From an uncultured Gammaproteobacteria bacterium (GTDB lineage Bacteria > Pseudomonadota > Gammaproteobacteria > GCA-001735895), in NCBI GenBank assembly GCA_964651385.1, contig CAZYYM010000001.1, forward strand, positions 92,168-156,167: a DNA stretch of 64,000 nucleotides, given 5' to 3'. A program made the translations under genes and the position numbers. This document shows positions 31,350 through 42,070 of the stretch, piece after piece. Numbering within the stretch: the stretch's first letter is position 1; each line of letters begins with the position of its first letter. The notes under the pieces were generated by a model, which was given only the letters and a program-made list of their open reading frames with translations, did no database searches and was not told the DNA's origin.

Positions 31350-34300
31350 ATGAGTCAATCTTTGACTGAACAGGATCCCTTTATTTTCGATATTGAACAA
31401 CTTTATGCGGTTGCCCCGGAACATATTATCCGCCAGGGGCTGGCCCATTTTCAACATAATAGTGTGACCGAACTGGGCTGCGAAGGAGACCGGCTGCAAG
31501 GCTATGTAGAGGACAGGGAATCAGGTGAAATCCTGACAACAGGGCTTGATTATGATGGAGATGGAAACCTCGATATCAGCTGTGACTGTTCGAAAGAATC
31601 GTCATTTTGCCGCCATGCGATCGCGCTGCTATACGCCTACGCCAATGACAAGGAAGGCAATGATGAGCTTTGCGGTGCTGTCGATAATGCGATTGAAGAA
31701 AGGGTCAAGCGCGGACGTGCCGAAGTTGAAGTGAAAAAGCAGGGTGGTAAGCCGGGTTTTGGTCTTTGGAGCGCACGTTCGATCAGTGTGGCGAGCCACT
31801 TTTCCGGCAGTTACCGGGTGCATATTCGTTCACTCACACAGAGGGCCAATTACTGTAGCTGCCCGGATTTTACCGGTAATCAGCTCGGAACCTGCAAACA
31901 TATTGAAGCGACACTGCAAAAAATCAGCAAACAACGTAATTATGCCCGGCTCAAACGAGAGGGCATCAGCTACCCTTATATTTTTCTCAATTGGGGTGTG
32001 CAGAACGCGCCGCAGATTGCGTTGCATCGCTGTGCAGAAAGTCATACCGGTTTAGATTCAATCCTTCAGGAGTACTTCGATGATCAGGGGTTGTTCAGCG
32101 GTCGGCTGCCGGATGATTTTTTCCGGCTGGCCGAGCAACTGGAAAATCGTGAAGATATAGACCTGGGGCAAGATGCGCTGGATTTTGCCAAAAGAAAAGC
32201 TGCCGATGCGGTGCATGCGGCACGCGCCCGCACCATCAGGGAAGAAATCATTAAATCCGCTGGACGGCTGCCGGGCATCAAGGCCAAGCTTTATCCGTAT
32301 CAGGTCGAAGGCGTTGCCTTCCTGGCCGCCAATGGGCGCGCCTTGCTGGCGGATGACATGGGGCTAGGCAAAACCCTGCAAGCCATAGCCGCTGCCAGCT
32401 GGTTGCATCAACATGCCCACGTCGAGCGCGTATTGATCGTTTGCCCGGCGTCTTTAAAACACCAGTGGGCCAGGGAAATCAAACGGTTTAGCGGACTGGA
32501 GGTGGAAATTATTCAGGGCAATGCGGCAGCCCGAGGTGTATTGTACCGGCGTACCTGCGTGTTCACTATCATCAACTATGAGCTGGTATTACGCGATCTT
32601 TCGGTGATCAATGAACAGTTCAGCCCCGATCTGCTGATTCTGGATGAGGCGCAGCGCATCAAAAACTGGCGTACGCAGATTGCAACGGCGATTAAACTGA
32701 TCCCCTCGCGTTATGCCTTTGTGCTTTCCGGCACGCCGCTGGAAAACCGCCTGGAAGATCTCTACAGCCTGATGCAGGTCGTCGATCCCCGTGTGCTGGG
32801 ACCTTTGTGGCGATACCTGATTGATTTTCATATTACCGACGAAAAAGGCAAGGTGCAGGGTTATCGCAATCTATCTGAATTACGTATGCGCCTGGCGCCA
32901 GTGATGTTACGGCGGGATCGACGCCTGGTGGCGGATCAACTGCCGGCAAGAATCCAGCAGCAAATCGACTTGCCACTCACTGATAAACAGCGCGAATTAC
33001 ATGATGCCGCGATGTCAGCCGCCGGATCGTTAGCGCAGATCAGCAAAAAACGTCCCCTCACACCCGGCGAGCAACATCGTATGATGGCGGCACTGCAACA
33101 GGCGCGCATGGCCTGCGATGCGGCCGGTCTGGTGGATAAGGAAACGCCGGGTGCGCCCAAGCTGGATGAGCTGGATAGATTGCTCGACGAACTGTGCGTG
33201 CAAGGTGGGCGTAAAGCGGTGGTATTTTCGCAGTGGACACAGATGACCGAAATGGTCGAGCGGCGTATCAACAAACTTGGGCTGGGCTGTGTCCGCCTGC
33301 ATGGCGGCGTGCCGACCAGCAAACGCGGAGAATTGATGGACCGCTTTCGCGATAATGATTCAATCCAGGTTTTTATCTCTACCGATGCGGGTGGCGTTGG
33401 TCTTAATCTGCAAAGTGCTTCGGTACTGATTAATCTCGATATTCCATGGAACCCGGCAGTGCTGGAACAGCGCATCGCACGCATCCACCGGCTGGGTCAA
33501 CGAGAAAACGTACAGGTGATATTGCTGGTGACGCCTGAAGGCTACGAAGGTCGGGTGATGGAACTGGTGCAGAATAAACAGAATCTGTTTGATAATGTGA
33601 TCGACCCGGATGCCAGTGAGGACGTGGTCGGTGTATCGCCCAAATTGCTGGAAAAACTGCTGCAAGACCTGACGGTTAGAGAGCAAGCCGGAGCCGCGAG
33701 TGCTAATACCGAAACGGATTTGGAAGGCGCACAAAATGCTGCCGCGGATCTGGCCGATAATGCTATCCAACCCAGCATGGAGAAGCGCGATACAGAAGCC
33801 GAAATTACCCGCTGCATCGAAACACTGCAGCATCGCCTGGGTTCACGGATAGAGCGCATTATGGGCGCGAATGGCGGGCTGTTGGTGATCATCGATCATG
33901 TCGATGAGGCTGAGGAACATTTTTCTCAGCAGCTTTCTGCAACGAGTGACATTCAGATTGCGCTAATCGATCTGCCTAGCCTGAATAGCTTACGCCGGCT
34001 CGGACTCTTATCGGAACAGCAGCCAGTTTATTATCATTCGGCAGACACTCGGCAACAGGATGTGACTCCGGCACTGATGATATTCGCCAATCAAAGATTG
34101 ACCGCAGCAGAGACCCTGTTGCAGCAGGACATGACCGCCCCGGCGATGGATTTAATCGTCGCAGCATTGCTTGCAACCGCCGCGGTACGCGCAGGTTTAG
34201 CGCATGCCATCACTATCGAGCAGGCTGGTATCTGGGTCTATAGCGAAGCCCTGCCGAATGGATGGCTTGATGAGTCTCAGGCCAGTCTAATCATGCGTGT

Positions 34301-34388
34301 GGTAGCACTGATGCAGGCTGATTCTATACCGGAATCGTTGCTCGGAGATCTATTACAGGAGTGCAGGGAGTTTGTGGCTAGTAGTTGA
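31350..34388 (+). CDS. SNF2-family helicase/ATPase with N-terminal SWIM zinc fingers and a C-terminal extension of unknown function
   Basis: Two CxC...CxH SWIM motifs. SNF2_N (DDMGLGKT, DEAQRIKN) and helicase-C (QWTQM...HRLGQ) regions. The roughly 270-aa C-terminal tail has no recognisable domain. Confidence 0.85.
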   Translation: MSQSLTEQDPFIFDIEQLYAVAPEHIIRQGLAHFQHNSVTELGCEGDRLQGYVEDRESGEILTTGLDYDGDGNLDISCDCSKESSFCRHAIALLYAYANDKEGNDELCGAVDNAIEERVKRGRAEVEVKKQGGKPGFGLWSARSISVASHFSGSYRVHIRSLTQRANYCSCPDFTGNQLGTCKHIEATLQKISKQRNYARLKREGISYPYIFLNWGVQNAPQIALHRCAESHTGLDSILQEYFDDQGLFSGRLPDDFFRLAEQLENREDIDLGQDALDFAKRKAADAVHAARARTIREEIIKSAGRLPGIKAKLYPYQVEGVAFLAANGRALLADDMGLGKTLQAIAAASWLHQHAHVERVLIVCPASLKHQWAREIKRFSGLEVEIIQGNAAARGVLYRRTCVFTIINYELVLRDLSVINEQFSPDLLILDEAQRIKNWRTQIATAIKLIPSRYAFVLSGTPLENRLEDLYSLMQVVDPRVLGPLWRYLIDFHITDEKGKVQGYRNLSELRMRLAPVMLRRDRRLVADQLPARIQQQIDLPLTDKQRELHDAAMSAAGSLAQISKKRPLTPGEQHRMMAALQQARMACDAAGLVDKETPGAPKLDELDRLLDELCVQGGRKAVVFSQWTQMTEMVERRINKLGLGCVRLHGGVPTSKRGELMDRFRDNDSIQVFISTDAGGVGLNLQSASVLINLDIPWNPAVLEQRIARIHRLGQRENVQVILLVTPEGYEGRVMELVQNKQNLFDNVIDPDASEDVVGVSPKLLEKLLQDLTVREQAGAASANTETDLEGAQNAAADLADNAIQPSMEKRDTEAEITRCIETLQHRLGSRIERIMGANGGLLVIIDHVDEAEEHFSQQLSATSDIQIALIDLPSLNSLRRLGLLSEQQPVYYHSADTRQQDVTPALMIFANQRLTAAETLLQQDMTAPAMDLIVAALLATAAVRAGLAHAITIEQAGIWVYSEALPNGWLDESQASLIMRVVALMQADSIPESLLGDLLQECREFVASS

Positions 34389-34553
34389 GTATATGGAAAT
34401 TCCAGTATAAGTTCCTGCGCTTACTTTAAATTTGCCTTATTGCTTCAGATCGTCGGATCGGGTTCTTGATCGTCAATCAGGTAATTTGTATATAATTCTG
34501 GACAGAACACTAATACTCATCATTTCGAGCTGAACTGCCTGGTTGATCCATCA

Positions 34554-35789
34554 TCACAGCTCTTCCGCCGTCAATGAACTACGTTCTACCGCTTGCTCTT
34601 TAATCGGCCAATGCACCACTGCTGCAAACAAACCGAGTGCAACGCCTACCCACCAGACTATATCGTAGGAGCCGGTTTGGTCATACAATACACCACCGAG
34701 CCAGACTCCTAAAAACGAGCCGATTTGATGGGAAAAGAAAACAATACCACCGAGCATGCCGAGATAACGAGTGCCGAACATGACGGCTACGAGTCCGTTG
34801 GTGGGTGGTACGGTAGAAAGCCAGAGCAGTCCCATGACAACCGAAAAGACCATGATCGTCGTCGGGCTTACTGGCGTTAGCAGGAAAATAGTTATAACAA
34901 CGGATCGGCAAAGATAAATCCACACCAGAAACATCGGTTTGGAATATTTTTGACCAATATACCCTGAGCCCAGCGAACCGATAATATTAAAAAACCCGAT
35001 CAGGCTAATCGCCACCACCGCCCATTTTGAAGCGATGCCGAGATCGCTGATATAGGCAGGAAAATGTGCTGTAATAAAGGCAACCTGAAATCCACAGACG
35101 AAAAAACCGGTAGTCAATAGTAAATAACCTTTATGGGAAATCGCCTCCAGTAAGGCTTCTCTGAAACTTTGTTCAAACTCTGTAGTGGCAATTTTTGAGG
35201 TCGATGAGTTGCCACGCAGTGGTACCGCGAGGACCGGGATAATAAGCATGATAGCGGCGAGTACCAACAGACTATCCGACCAGCCGAGGGCATCAATCAA
35301 GCCCTGTGATATCGGCGCATAGATAAACATTCCAAAAGAACCCGCCGCAGTACCCAAGCCGAAGGCCATAGAACGTCTCTCGGGGCTGACCAATCGCGCC
35401 AATGCCGCCAGTATGACACCAAATGAGCAGGCGGCTATACCCACGCCAACTAGAACACCGCCACCGATATGTAGCCATAACGGAGAATCCGCGTGGGCCA
35501 TCATTACTAAACCGCAGATATAAATTAGTACACCGGACGAAAGGACTCGCCAGGTACCGTATCGGTCAGACACAGCCCCGAGAAAAGGCTGCCCGAAGCC
35601 CCAGGCCAGATTCTGAATTGCCATTGCCAATGCAAAAGTTGAACGATCCCAGCCAGTATCCTGTACCATCGGCACCTGGAAAAAACCCATTGCCGAGCGC
35701 GGGCCAAAGCCCAAAAGCGCTATCAGACAGGCGCAGGTTATCGCTAGCCAGGTGATGTTTCCTGTTATTTTAGTTTTGTCTTCAGACAT
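34554..35789 (-). CDS. MFS transporter
   Basis: 411 aa with about 12 TM segments. Confidence 0.8.
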   Translation of the reverse strand: MSEDKTKITGNITWLAITCACLIALLGFGPRSAMGFFQVPMVQDTGWDRSTFALAMAIQNLAWGFGQPFLGAVSDRYGTWRVLSSGVLIYICGLVMMAHADSPLWLHIGGGVLVGVGIAACSFGVILAALARLVSPERRSMAFGLGTAAGSFGMFIYAPISQGLIDALGWSDSLLVLAAIMLIIPVLAVPLRGNSSTSKIATTEFEQSFREALLEAISHKGYLLLTTGFFVCGFQVAFITAHFPAYISDLGIASKWAVVAISLIGFFNIIGSLGSGYIGQKYSKPMFLVWIYLCRSVVITIFLLTPVSPTTIMVFSVVMGLLWLSTVPPTNGLVAVMFGTRYLGMLGGIVFFSHQIGSFLGVWLGGVLYDQTGSYDIVWWVGVALGLFAAVVHWPIKEQAVERSSLTAEEL

Positions 35790-35858
35790 GGAATAACTCG
35801 GTTATATATTAATTCACAGCCTGATTAATAAATCGGCAAACTAGAGAGACAAATTCAC

Positions 35859-36344
35859 ATGAGCATCAAAATTCTTGCTACCGGTGGTACCTTCGATAAA
35901 ATATACTACGATGCCAAGAACGATTTTCATATTGGCGAACCGATGGCAGCCACCATACTCGAAGAAGCCAATGTCAGTTTCGACTACGAGGTTGAATCCA
36001 TCCTCGAAAAAGACAGTCTGGATATTACCGACCAGGACCGCGAACAAATTCGCCGAAAGGTCAACGAGCAATCCCACGATAAAATTATCATTACACATGG
36101 CACCGATACAATGATTCAAACCGCTTTGTGTCTGCTTGATATTTCTGACAAAACCATCGTTATTATCGGCGCGATGCAGCCCGCGCGAATGCGTTTCAGC
36201 GATGCCAGCTATAATATCGGTTTCGCCAGTAGCGCGGTGCAAATATTACCTCCAGGTGTTTATGTGGCAATGAATGGACAAATATTCGATCCCCGTAATA
36301 CACACAAAAATGTTGCACAAAGCCGATTTGAATCCATCAAATAA
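35859..36344 (+). CDS. Short asparaginase-family protein (N-terminal catalytic domain only)
   Basis: 161 aa. ILATGGTFDK and IITHGTDTM match asparaginase motifs 1 and 2. No C-terminal domain is present. Confidence 0.6.
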   Translation: MSIKILATGGTFDKIYYDAKNDFHIGEPMAATILEEANVSFDYEVESILEKDSLDITDQDREQIRRKVNEQSHDKIIITHGTDTMIQTALCLLDISDKTIVIIGAMQPARMRFSDASYNIGFASSAVQILPPGVYVAMNGQIFDPRNTHKNVAQSRFESIK

Positions 36345-36432
36345 GAGAGGCTAAACAGTGTACTATCGGCTTAATTATAAACCAGAGATAAAGCGAATTG
36401 TGCTTCAATTTTTTGTCACGGGAGTTCGATAA

Positions 36433-37311
36433 ATGTATGGTTATCAGCCTGCCATTTTACAGGCAGTTCCAGTGCAGGCGCGTTATTTGTCATTCAACCT
36501 GTCCACACAGGCAAGCTCCAGGGAAATAACCAATAGAATTCAATCGATCGAAATCGAAAATAACGTCGTCGCTATTGGACAGTCTTTGCTCGACAAATTA
36601 AACAGGACTATCACCGGAATGAAAATCATGCCTGACTTTTCGACCGGGAACATCGACATCCCATCGACACCGGTGGATTTATGGATATGGTTACGAGGCG
36701 ATGATCGTGGTGAATTGCTACACCGCACAAGACGACTCGCTAAACAGCTGCAACCAACATTTGAGCTCAACGATTCTATCGACGCTTTTCGCTACGCCGA
36801 GGGGCGTGATCTCACCGGATACATCGACGGTACGGAAAACCCGAGGCACGAGGCCGCCGTCACGGCCGCGATTGTATCAGGCAGTGAAGACTCGCTCGAT
36901 GGTTCAAGCTTTGTCGCAGTCCAACGCTGGTGTCACAATCTCGACCAATTCGAATCATTTGATCGGAACCATCAGGATGATATTATCGGCAGGCATTTTG
37001 AAGACAATGAGGAATTCGACGAAGCACCTGAATCCGCTCATGTTAAACGAACTGCACAAGAAAGTTTTGATCCAGATGCTTTGTTGTTACGTCGCTCGAT
37101 GCCCTGGAGTAGAGGCCTGATCGGTGGTTTGATGTTCGTTGCTTTTGCTCGTTCGTTTTATTCTTTCGAAGCCCAGATCGAGCGAATGATCGGTATCGAA
37201 GATGGCATTATCGATGGATTGTTCGAATTTTCGAGACCGGTAACCGGCGCCTATTTCTGGTGCCCTCCCGTTATTGATAAAAGACTTTTATTAACAGCGC
37301 TAAATATCTGA
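36433..37311 (+). CDS. Dyp-type peroxidase
   Basis: GYIDGTENP (GxxDG) hallmark motif. Confidence 0.8.
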   Translation: MYGYQPAILQAVPVQARYLSFNLSTQASSREITNRIQSIEIENNVVAIGQSLLDKLNRTITGMKIMPDFSTGNIDIPSTPVDLWIWLRGDDRGELLHRTRRLAKQLQPTFELNDSIDAFRYAEGRDLTGYIDGTENPRHEAAVTAAIVSGSEDSLDGSSFVAVQRWCHNLDQFESFDRNHQDDIIGRHFEDNEEFDEAPESAHVKRTAQESFDPDALLLRRSMPWSRGLIGGLMFVAFARSFYSFEAQIERMIGIEDGIIDGLFEFSRPVTGAYFWCPPVIDKRLLLTALNI

Positions 37312-37335
37312 TTCGCGGGAATTATAAACTTCTAT

Positions 37336-38595
37336 ATGACGGCACGTAAACTCCTGAAAATTATCCTGCCATTAATTGCTATCGGCCTATCGACGGCGAT
37401 TGCTCAGTATTTGATCAATAGCCAGGAACAGAAAAGGCAACCCGAATTAAAAGAAAAAGTCTGGCAGGTAAATGTTATCCAGGCATCGCGGCAATCACAG
37501 GCACCGAACATTACTTTATATGGCCGTGTCGAATCACCTGAACAATTACAGGCGGCAGCTCCAGGAGCCTCTATAGTCCAGCAGATTAATGTCAGGAGCG
37601 GTGATTCGGTAACTAAAGGCGAAGTTCTGGTAAGTCTGGACAGGCGGGATTTCGAATCGCAACTAATACAAGCTAATTCAGAAATCGGAGACCTCCAGAG
37701 CCAGATCAGTGAGTTAAAAATTCGGCACGCTACTAATCTGGCATCGCTAAAAACAGAACGTGACCTCTTGCAACTTGCCGAAAACGATGTCAAACGCATG
37801 CGCAAATTAAAAAACCAGAATCTGGGATCAGATTCTACTTTAAGCGATGCGCTCAATACGCTCGGTCGCCAGCAGTTATCATTTCAAAATCGACAACTGG
37901 AAGTCGACATTTTCCCTTCCAGACTGAAAATGCTTAAATCAAGACACCAGCAGTTCGAGGCAAAATACCAGATCGCAAAATTGATGATAGAACGCAGCAA
38001 AGTCGTCGCCCCCTTTGATGCCATGATCAATTCAGTACCCGTTTCTGTTGGTGATCGTGTCGCCACCGGACAAACTCTGATTTCACTTTACCCAGTACAA
38101 AGCCTCGAAATTCGAGCCCACATTCCTTATAGTCATATTGCTGATATTCAAACAGCAATGACGGGCGGCGAATCCATCTGGGCTGAAATAAAACGCGGAG
38201 CCGAAACGCTCCAGTTCGATTTAATCCGTTTGTCCGGGGATGCCACAGCCACCGGCATCGATGCCTTTTTTGACACCGGTACAGCCAGTATCGAACTACG
38301 CTCAGGCGAATTTCTGACATTGACTTTATCACTACCAGTACAAAGCAATGTCATTGCTATTCCCTTTCAGGCAATTTATGGCAACTCGAGAATTTACCTC
38401 AAACGCGACGACCGACTGGTGGCTATAGATGTGGACGCCGTAGGGCAGTTTCAGACAGATGGCATTTTGGGCGAAACTCGTTTACTGGTTCGAAGTGATA
38501 AGATCATAGACGGCGATTTAATAGTTACCACCCACCTGCCCAACGCAATCAGTGGCCTCAAAGTCAGGACTGTCGACAATGACAAAGCCAAATGA
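37336..38595 (+). CDS. RND efflux periplasmic adaptor (membrane fusion protein)
   Basis: 419 aa. N-terminal TM, coiled-coil and barrel regions. Confidence 0.85.
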   Translation: MTARKLLKIILPLIAIGLSTAIAQYLINSQEQKRQPELKEKVWQVNVIQASRQSQAPNITLYGRVESPEQLQAAAPGASIVQQINVRSGDSVTKGEVLVSLDRRDFESQLIQANSEIGDLQSQISELKIRHATNLASLKTERDLLQLAENDVKRMRKLKNQNLGSDSTLSDALNTLGRQQLSFQNRQLEVDIFPSRLKMLKSRHQQFEAKYQIAKLMIERSKVVAPFDAMINSVPVSVGDRVATGQTLISLYPVQSLEIRAHIPYSHIADIQTAMTGGESIWAEIKRGAETLQFDLIRLSGDATATGIDAFFDTGTASIELRSGEFLTLTLSLPVQSNVIAIPFQAIYGNSRIYLKRDDRLVAIDVDAVGQFQTDGILGETRLLVRSDKIIDGDLIVTTHLPNAISGLKVRTVDNDKAK

Positions 38596-41500
38596 CTTAA
38601 TAGGCTTGTTTGCCAATCATCGTGTCGCTGCTAATTTACTGATGGCGATGATGATACTTGCCGGTATAGTCGGCCTGAAAAAACTCAATGTACAGTTTTT
38701 CCCCAATTTCGAACTCGATTCTATCTCGGTCACCACTATCTGGACCGGTGCCAGCGCTGAGGATATAGAAACCGGTATAACTATTCCGCTAGAGCAGCGT
38801 TTACGCAGCGTCGATCAAATCAAAGAAATGGCTTCATCTTCAGCGCCCGGTGTTTCGGGATTGACGCTCGAGTTCCACGAAGGTACTGATATGATTCTGG
38901 CACTGGATTACGTCAAGAAAGCAGTTGCGGATTTCACCAACCTGCCCGATGAAGCCGAAATACCCCGTGTTTCGCAGATACTGCGTCACGAGTCGGTTGC
39001 GCGTCTGCTAATCAGCGGTCCGAAAAAGCTCGATGAATTGAGGATTCTGGCCCGACAGTATGAACGGGAACTAATTGCTCGGGGCATCGATAAAGTCGAG
39101 GTACTAGGTCTACCCGAAGAGACCGTTCATATCGAAGTCGAAGCCGAACAGCTACGACGCCTTGGCATAGGTTTCGACGAACTGGCAAGGAGAATCGACA
39201 ACCAGAGCCAGGACTTACCCGCTGGTTTAATCGGTGAAAATGACGGCACGCGAGAAATTCGAAGTAAAAACCAGCGCCGCTCACCATTACAGTTCGAAAA
39301 TTTAGACATTGTCAGCGACACCGCAACGCGTATTAATTTGCGCGATATCGCTACTATCGAACGACGCATTAAATCTGGAACGCCTTTTATTACCATCAGT
39401 GATCGGGCCGCGGTGGTACTGGTTTTACGGCGCAACGAAAACGGCGATTCACTGAAATCTGCCGACATTTTGCAGAAATGGCTGGACGATACCAGGCCTA
39501 CATTGCCTACCGACATAGAAATCCAGGTTTTTAACGAGCGTTGGGCATTGATAAAAGATCGCATACTACTTTTAGTCAAAAATGGTGTCGGTGGTCTGGT
39601 TCTGGTACTGATTATTCTCTACCTATTTCTGTCGGCTCGCGTGGCATTCTGGGTGGCAGTCGGTATACCTGTCTCATTTATGGCTACTCTGGCAATACTT
39701 TACCTGCTAGGCGGCAGTATCAACATGGTTAGTCTGTTTGCTTTGATTATGGCGCTCGGCATTATCGTCGACGATGCTATCGTCGTCGGCGAGGACGCAC
39801 AGGCACATTACGAAATGGGCGAGGACCCGTTAATAGCATCGCAAGGCGGCGCACGGCGCATGCTTGCGCCGGTCATGGCGTCATCGCTAACAACCATTGC
39901 CGCATTTTTACCGCTAATGCTAATTGGTGGTCATATGGGCAATATCCTGTCGGCCATTCCGATGGTTATTGTCTGTGTGATCATTGCTTCGCTGATCGAG
40001 AGTTTTTATATATTACCAGGCCATTTACGCCACGCCTTTGCGCATAGCCATAACAAGCCTGTATCGACATTCAAACGCAGACTCAACCAAGGCTTTGGCT
40101 ATTTTCGCGATCGTCTTTTTCGCCCGGTGATTCGTTCTGCCATCGAATTTCGCTGGACAACTATCGCTTGCGCAATTGGCTTTTTAATTTTGGCAATCGG
40201 ATTATTTCTCGGTGGCCGTACTGGATGGCAATTTTTTCCATCCCCCGAGTCGACCACGATTTATGCGAATATTCGTTTTGTAGCAGGCACTGCCGAGGAG
40301 AACGTTGAGGAGTTTTTAAAGACCCTTGAAATTGCTTTGGTAGACACGGCGGAATCTTACGATGAAACACTGCTTTCAAGCTATTACACCATGCACTCCT
40401 CGTCTTCAGGCCGCGGTCGTGCAATAAGCGGTGAACGTAATGGTTCAATATATGTCGAGTTACTCAGTTCCGAATATCGCCAAACTAGCAATCGCGATTT
40501 TATTCAGAACTGGCGTTCCCGTATCAATCTTCCCGCCGGTGTCGAAAACTTTAAAATATCGTCGCGTCGGGTCGGTCCACCGCAACGAGATTTAAATATT
40601 CGCTTAACCGGCACGACACCACAGGAATTGAAAAATGCGGCTTTGGACCTGGCTGAAGCATTGACCAATATATCCGGAGTATCCGCTATCGACGATGATC
40701 TACCCTACGGACGCGAGCAATTGATATTTTCAATGACACCGGCGGGTGAAGCACTGGGTTTATCGATCGGTGATCTGGGGCGCCAATTGCGCGCAGCCTA
40801 CGACGGCATCATCATTCAGCGATTTCAACAGGGCGCCGATGAAGTAGAGGTACGTCTGCAATTGCCCAGACGGGCGCAACGCCGGCTCAGCAGCCTGTTT
40901 CAATTACCTGTTAAGCTACCCGACGGCGAATTCGTGCCACTGGAGAGCGTGGCCGATTGGCAATCCAGCCAGGGTTTTGAAGCATTACGTCATTTCAACG
41001 GAAAATTATCAACCGATGTCACTGCCGATGTTGACGCCAATGCCAATAGCACGATTGAAATCGTTCGGGGCCTGCAACAATCGACATTGCCAGCACTGGC
41101 CAGCCAATATGGTATTCAATATAGCGTCGAAGGTAGTTCGGCGAGCCGCCGCGAAACTTTCTCAGATATGAAAACCGGCGCAATGATTGCGCTGTTATTA
41201 ATGTATCTGGTGCTCAGCTGGGTCTTCTCATCTTACGGCTGGCCACTACTGGTCATGCTCGGCATACCACTTGGACTGGCCGGTGCAGTTTTCGGACACT
41301 GGATAATGGACATGAACATGACTTTATTGTCATTGTTCGGATTTTTCGGGTTGTCCGGCATCGTCGTCAACGATTCGATCATACTGGTGATTTTTTATCG
41401 ACAGGTTCGCGCCAAAGGCATGTCAATAGTTCAGGCGCTCGAAGAGGCGGCCTGCCAACGCCTGCGCGCGGTGTTACTGACATCACTGACCACTATCGCC

Positions 41501-41695
41501 GGTTTAACGCCATTACTGTTTGAAACTTCGAGGCAGGCACAGTTTCTGATTCCGATGGCAGTATCAATCGCTTTCGGACTGGCCTTCGCTACCCTGTTAA
41601 TATTACTGGTCATTCCTGCAATGCTGTCGATTTATGAAGACGTTGCGCACTGGTATCAGCATGATGGCGAATTCGTACCACCACACAAACTATAA
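38579..41695 (+). CDS. RND efflux transporter permease (AcrB/AcrD/AcrF family)
   Basis: About 1038 aa with 12 TM segments. ATG at 38579 overlaps the adaptor stop. Confidence 0.9.
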   Translation: MTKPNDLIGLFANHRVAANLLMAMMILAGIVGLKKLNVQFFPNFELDSISVTTIWTGASAEDIETGITIPLEQRLRSVDQIKEMASSSAPGVSGLTLEFHEGTDMILALDYVKKAVADFTNLPDEAEIPRVSQILRHESVARLLISGPKKLDELRILARQYERELIARGIDKVEVLGLPEETVHIEVEAEQLRRLGIGFDELARRIDNQSQDLPAGLIGENDGTREIRSKNQRRSPLQFENLDIVSDTATRINLRDIATIERRIKSGTPFITISDRAAVVLVLRRNENGDSLKSADILQKWLDDTRPTLPTDIEIQVFNERWALIKDRILLLVKNGVGGLVLVLIILYLFLSARVAFWVAVGIPVSFMATLAILYLLGGSINMVSLFALIMALGIIVDDAIVVGEDAQAHYEMGEDPLIASQGGARRMLAPVMASSLTTIAAFLPLMLIGGHMGNILSAIPMVIVCVIIASLIESFYILPGHLRHAFAHSHNKPVSTFKRRLNQGFGYFRDRLFRPVIRSAIEFRWTTIACAIGFLILAIGLFLGGRTGWQFFPSPESTTIYANIRFVAGTAEENVEEFLKTLEIALVDTAESYDETLLSSYYTMHSSSSGRGRAISGERNGSIYVELLSSEYRQTSNRDFIQNWRSRINLPAGVENFKISSRRVGPPQRDLNIRLTGTTPQELKNAALDLAEALTNISGVSAIDDDLPYGREQLIFSMTPAGEALGLSIGDLGRQLRAAYDGIIIQRFQQGADEVEVRLQLPRRAQRRLSSLFQLPVKLPDGEFVPLESVADWQSSQGFEALRHFNGKLSTDVTADVDANANSTIEIVRGLQQSTLPALASQYGIQYSVEGSSASRRETFSDMKTGAMIALLLMYLVLSWVFSSYGWPLLVMLGIPLGLAGAVFGHWIMDMNMTLLSLFGFFGLSGIVVNDSIILVIFYRQVRAKGMSIVQALEEAACQRLRAVLLTSLTTIAGLTPLLFETSRQAQFLIPMAVSIAFGLAFATLLILLVIPAMLSIYEDVAHWYQHDGEFVPPHKL

Positions 41696-41713
41696 AACGA
41701 AGCATTATTATCT

Positions 41714-42070
41714 ATGAACGGACAGATTACAGCGTTGGAAAAAGAACAGTTAGAATCGGTAGCATTGCCAATCTGGAAAAATATTATCGAGGCTTCGCGT
41801 GAACAAGATTATGCGCGGTTTTCGCGGGGATTTTCCGACGAATTACGCGCGAAACTATCTGAGGAGCACTTTCGGATCAGCTGTCAGGAAATCCCGCTGT
41901 TAACCACGATTGATGCCAGCTACGAATTTATCGATTCTATCAAGCGCGAAAAGGGAATTACCATCCTCTGGCGTCTCCAAAGCACCCGATATGCCGGCGA
42001 TTTCCTCGGTATTCTTACCCTGCAAAGCAGCGATTCGGGTATGGAAATCACCGGCGTATCAGTCAGCTAG
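41714..42070 (+). CDS. Hypothetical small protein
   Basis: 118-aa ORF directly after the RND permease. No motif assigned. Confidence 0.4.
   Translation: MNGQITALEKEQLESVALPIWKNIIEASREQDYARFSRGFSDELRAKLSEEHFRISCQEIPLLTTIDASYEFIDSIKREKGITILWRLQSTRYAGDFLGILTLQSSDSGMEITGVSVS

Noticed and set aside
29315-34388. RecQ plus SNF2 as a DISARM-like defense system
   Set aside because: DISARM requires DrmA and DrmB (DUF1998) and usually a methyltransferase or DrmC. None is present. SWIM-SNF2 is a widespread stand-alone protein.
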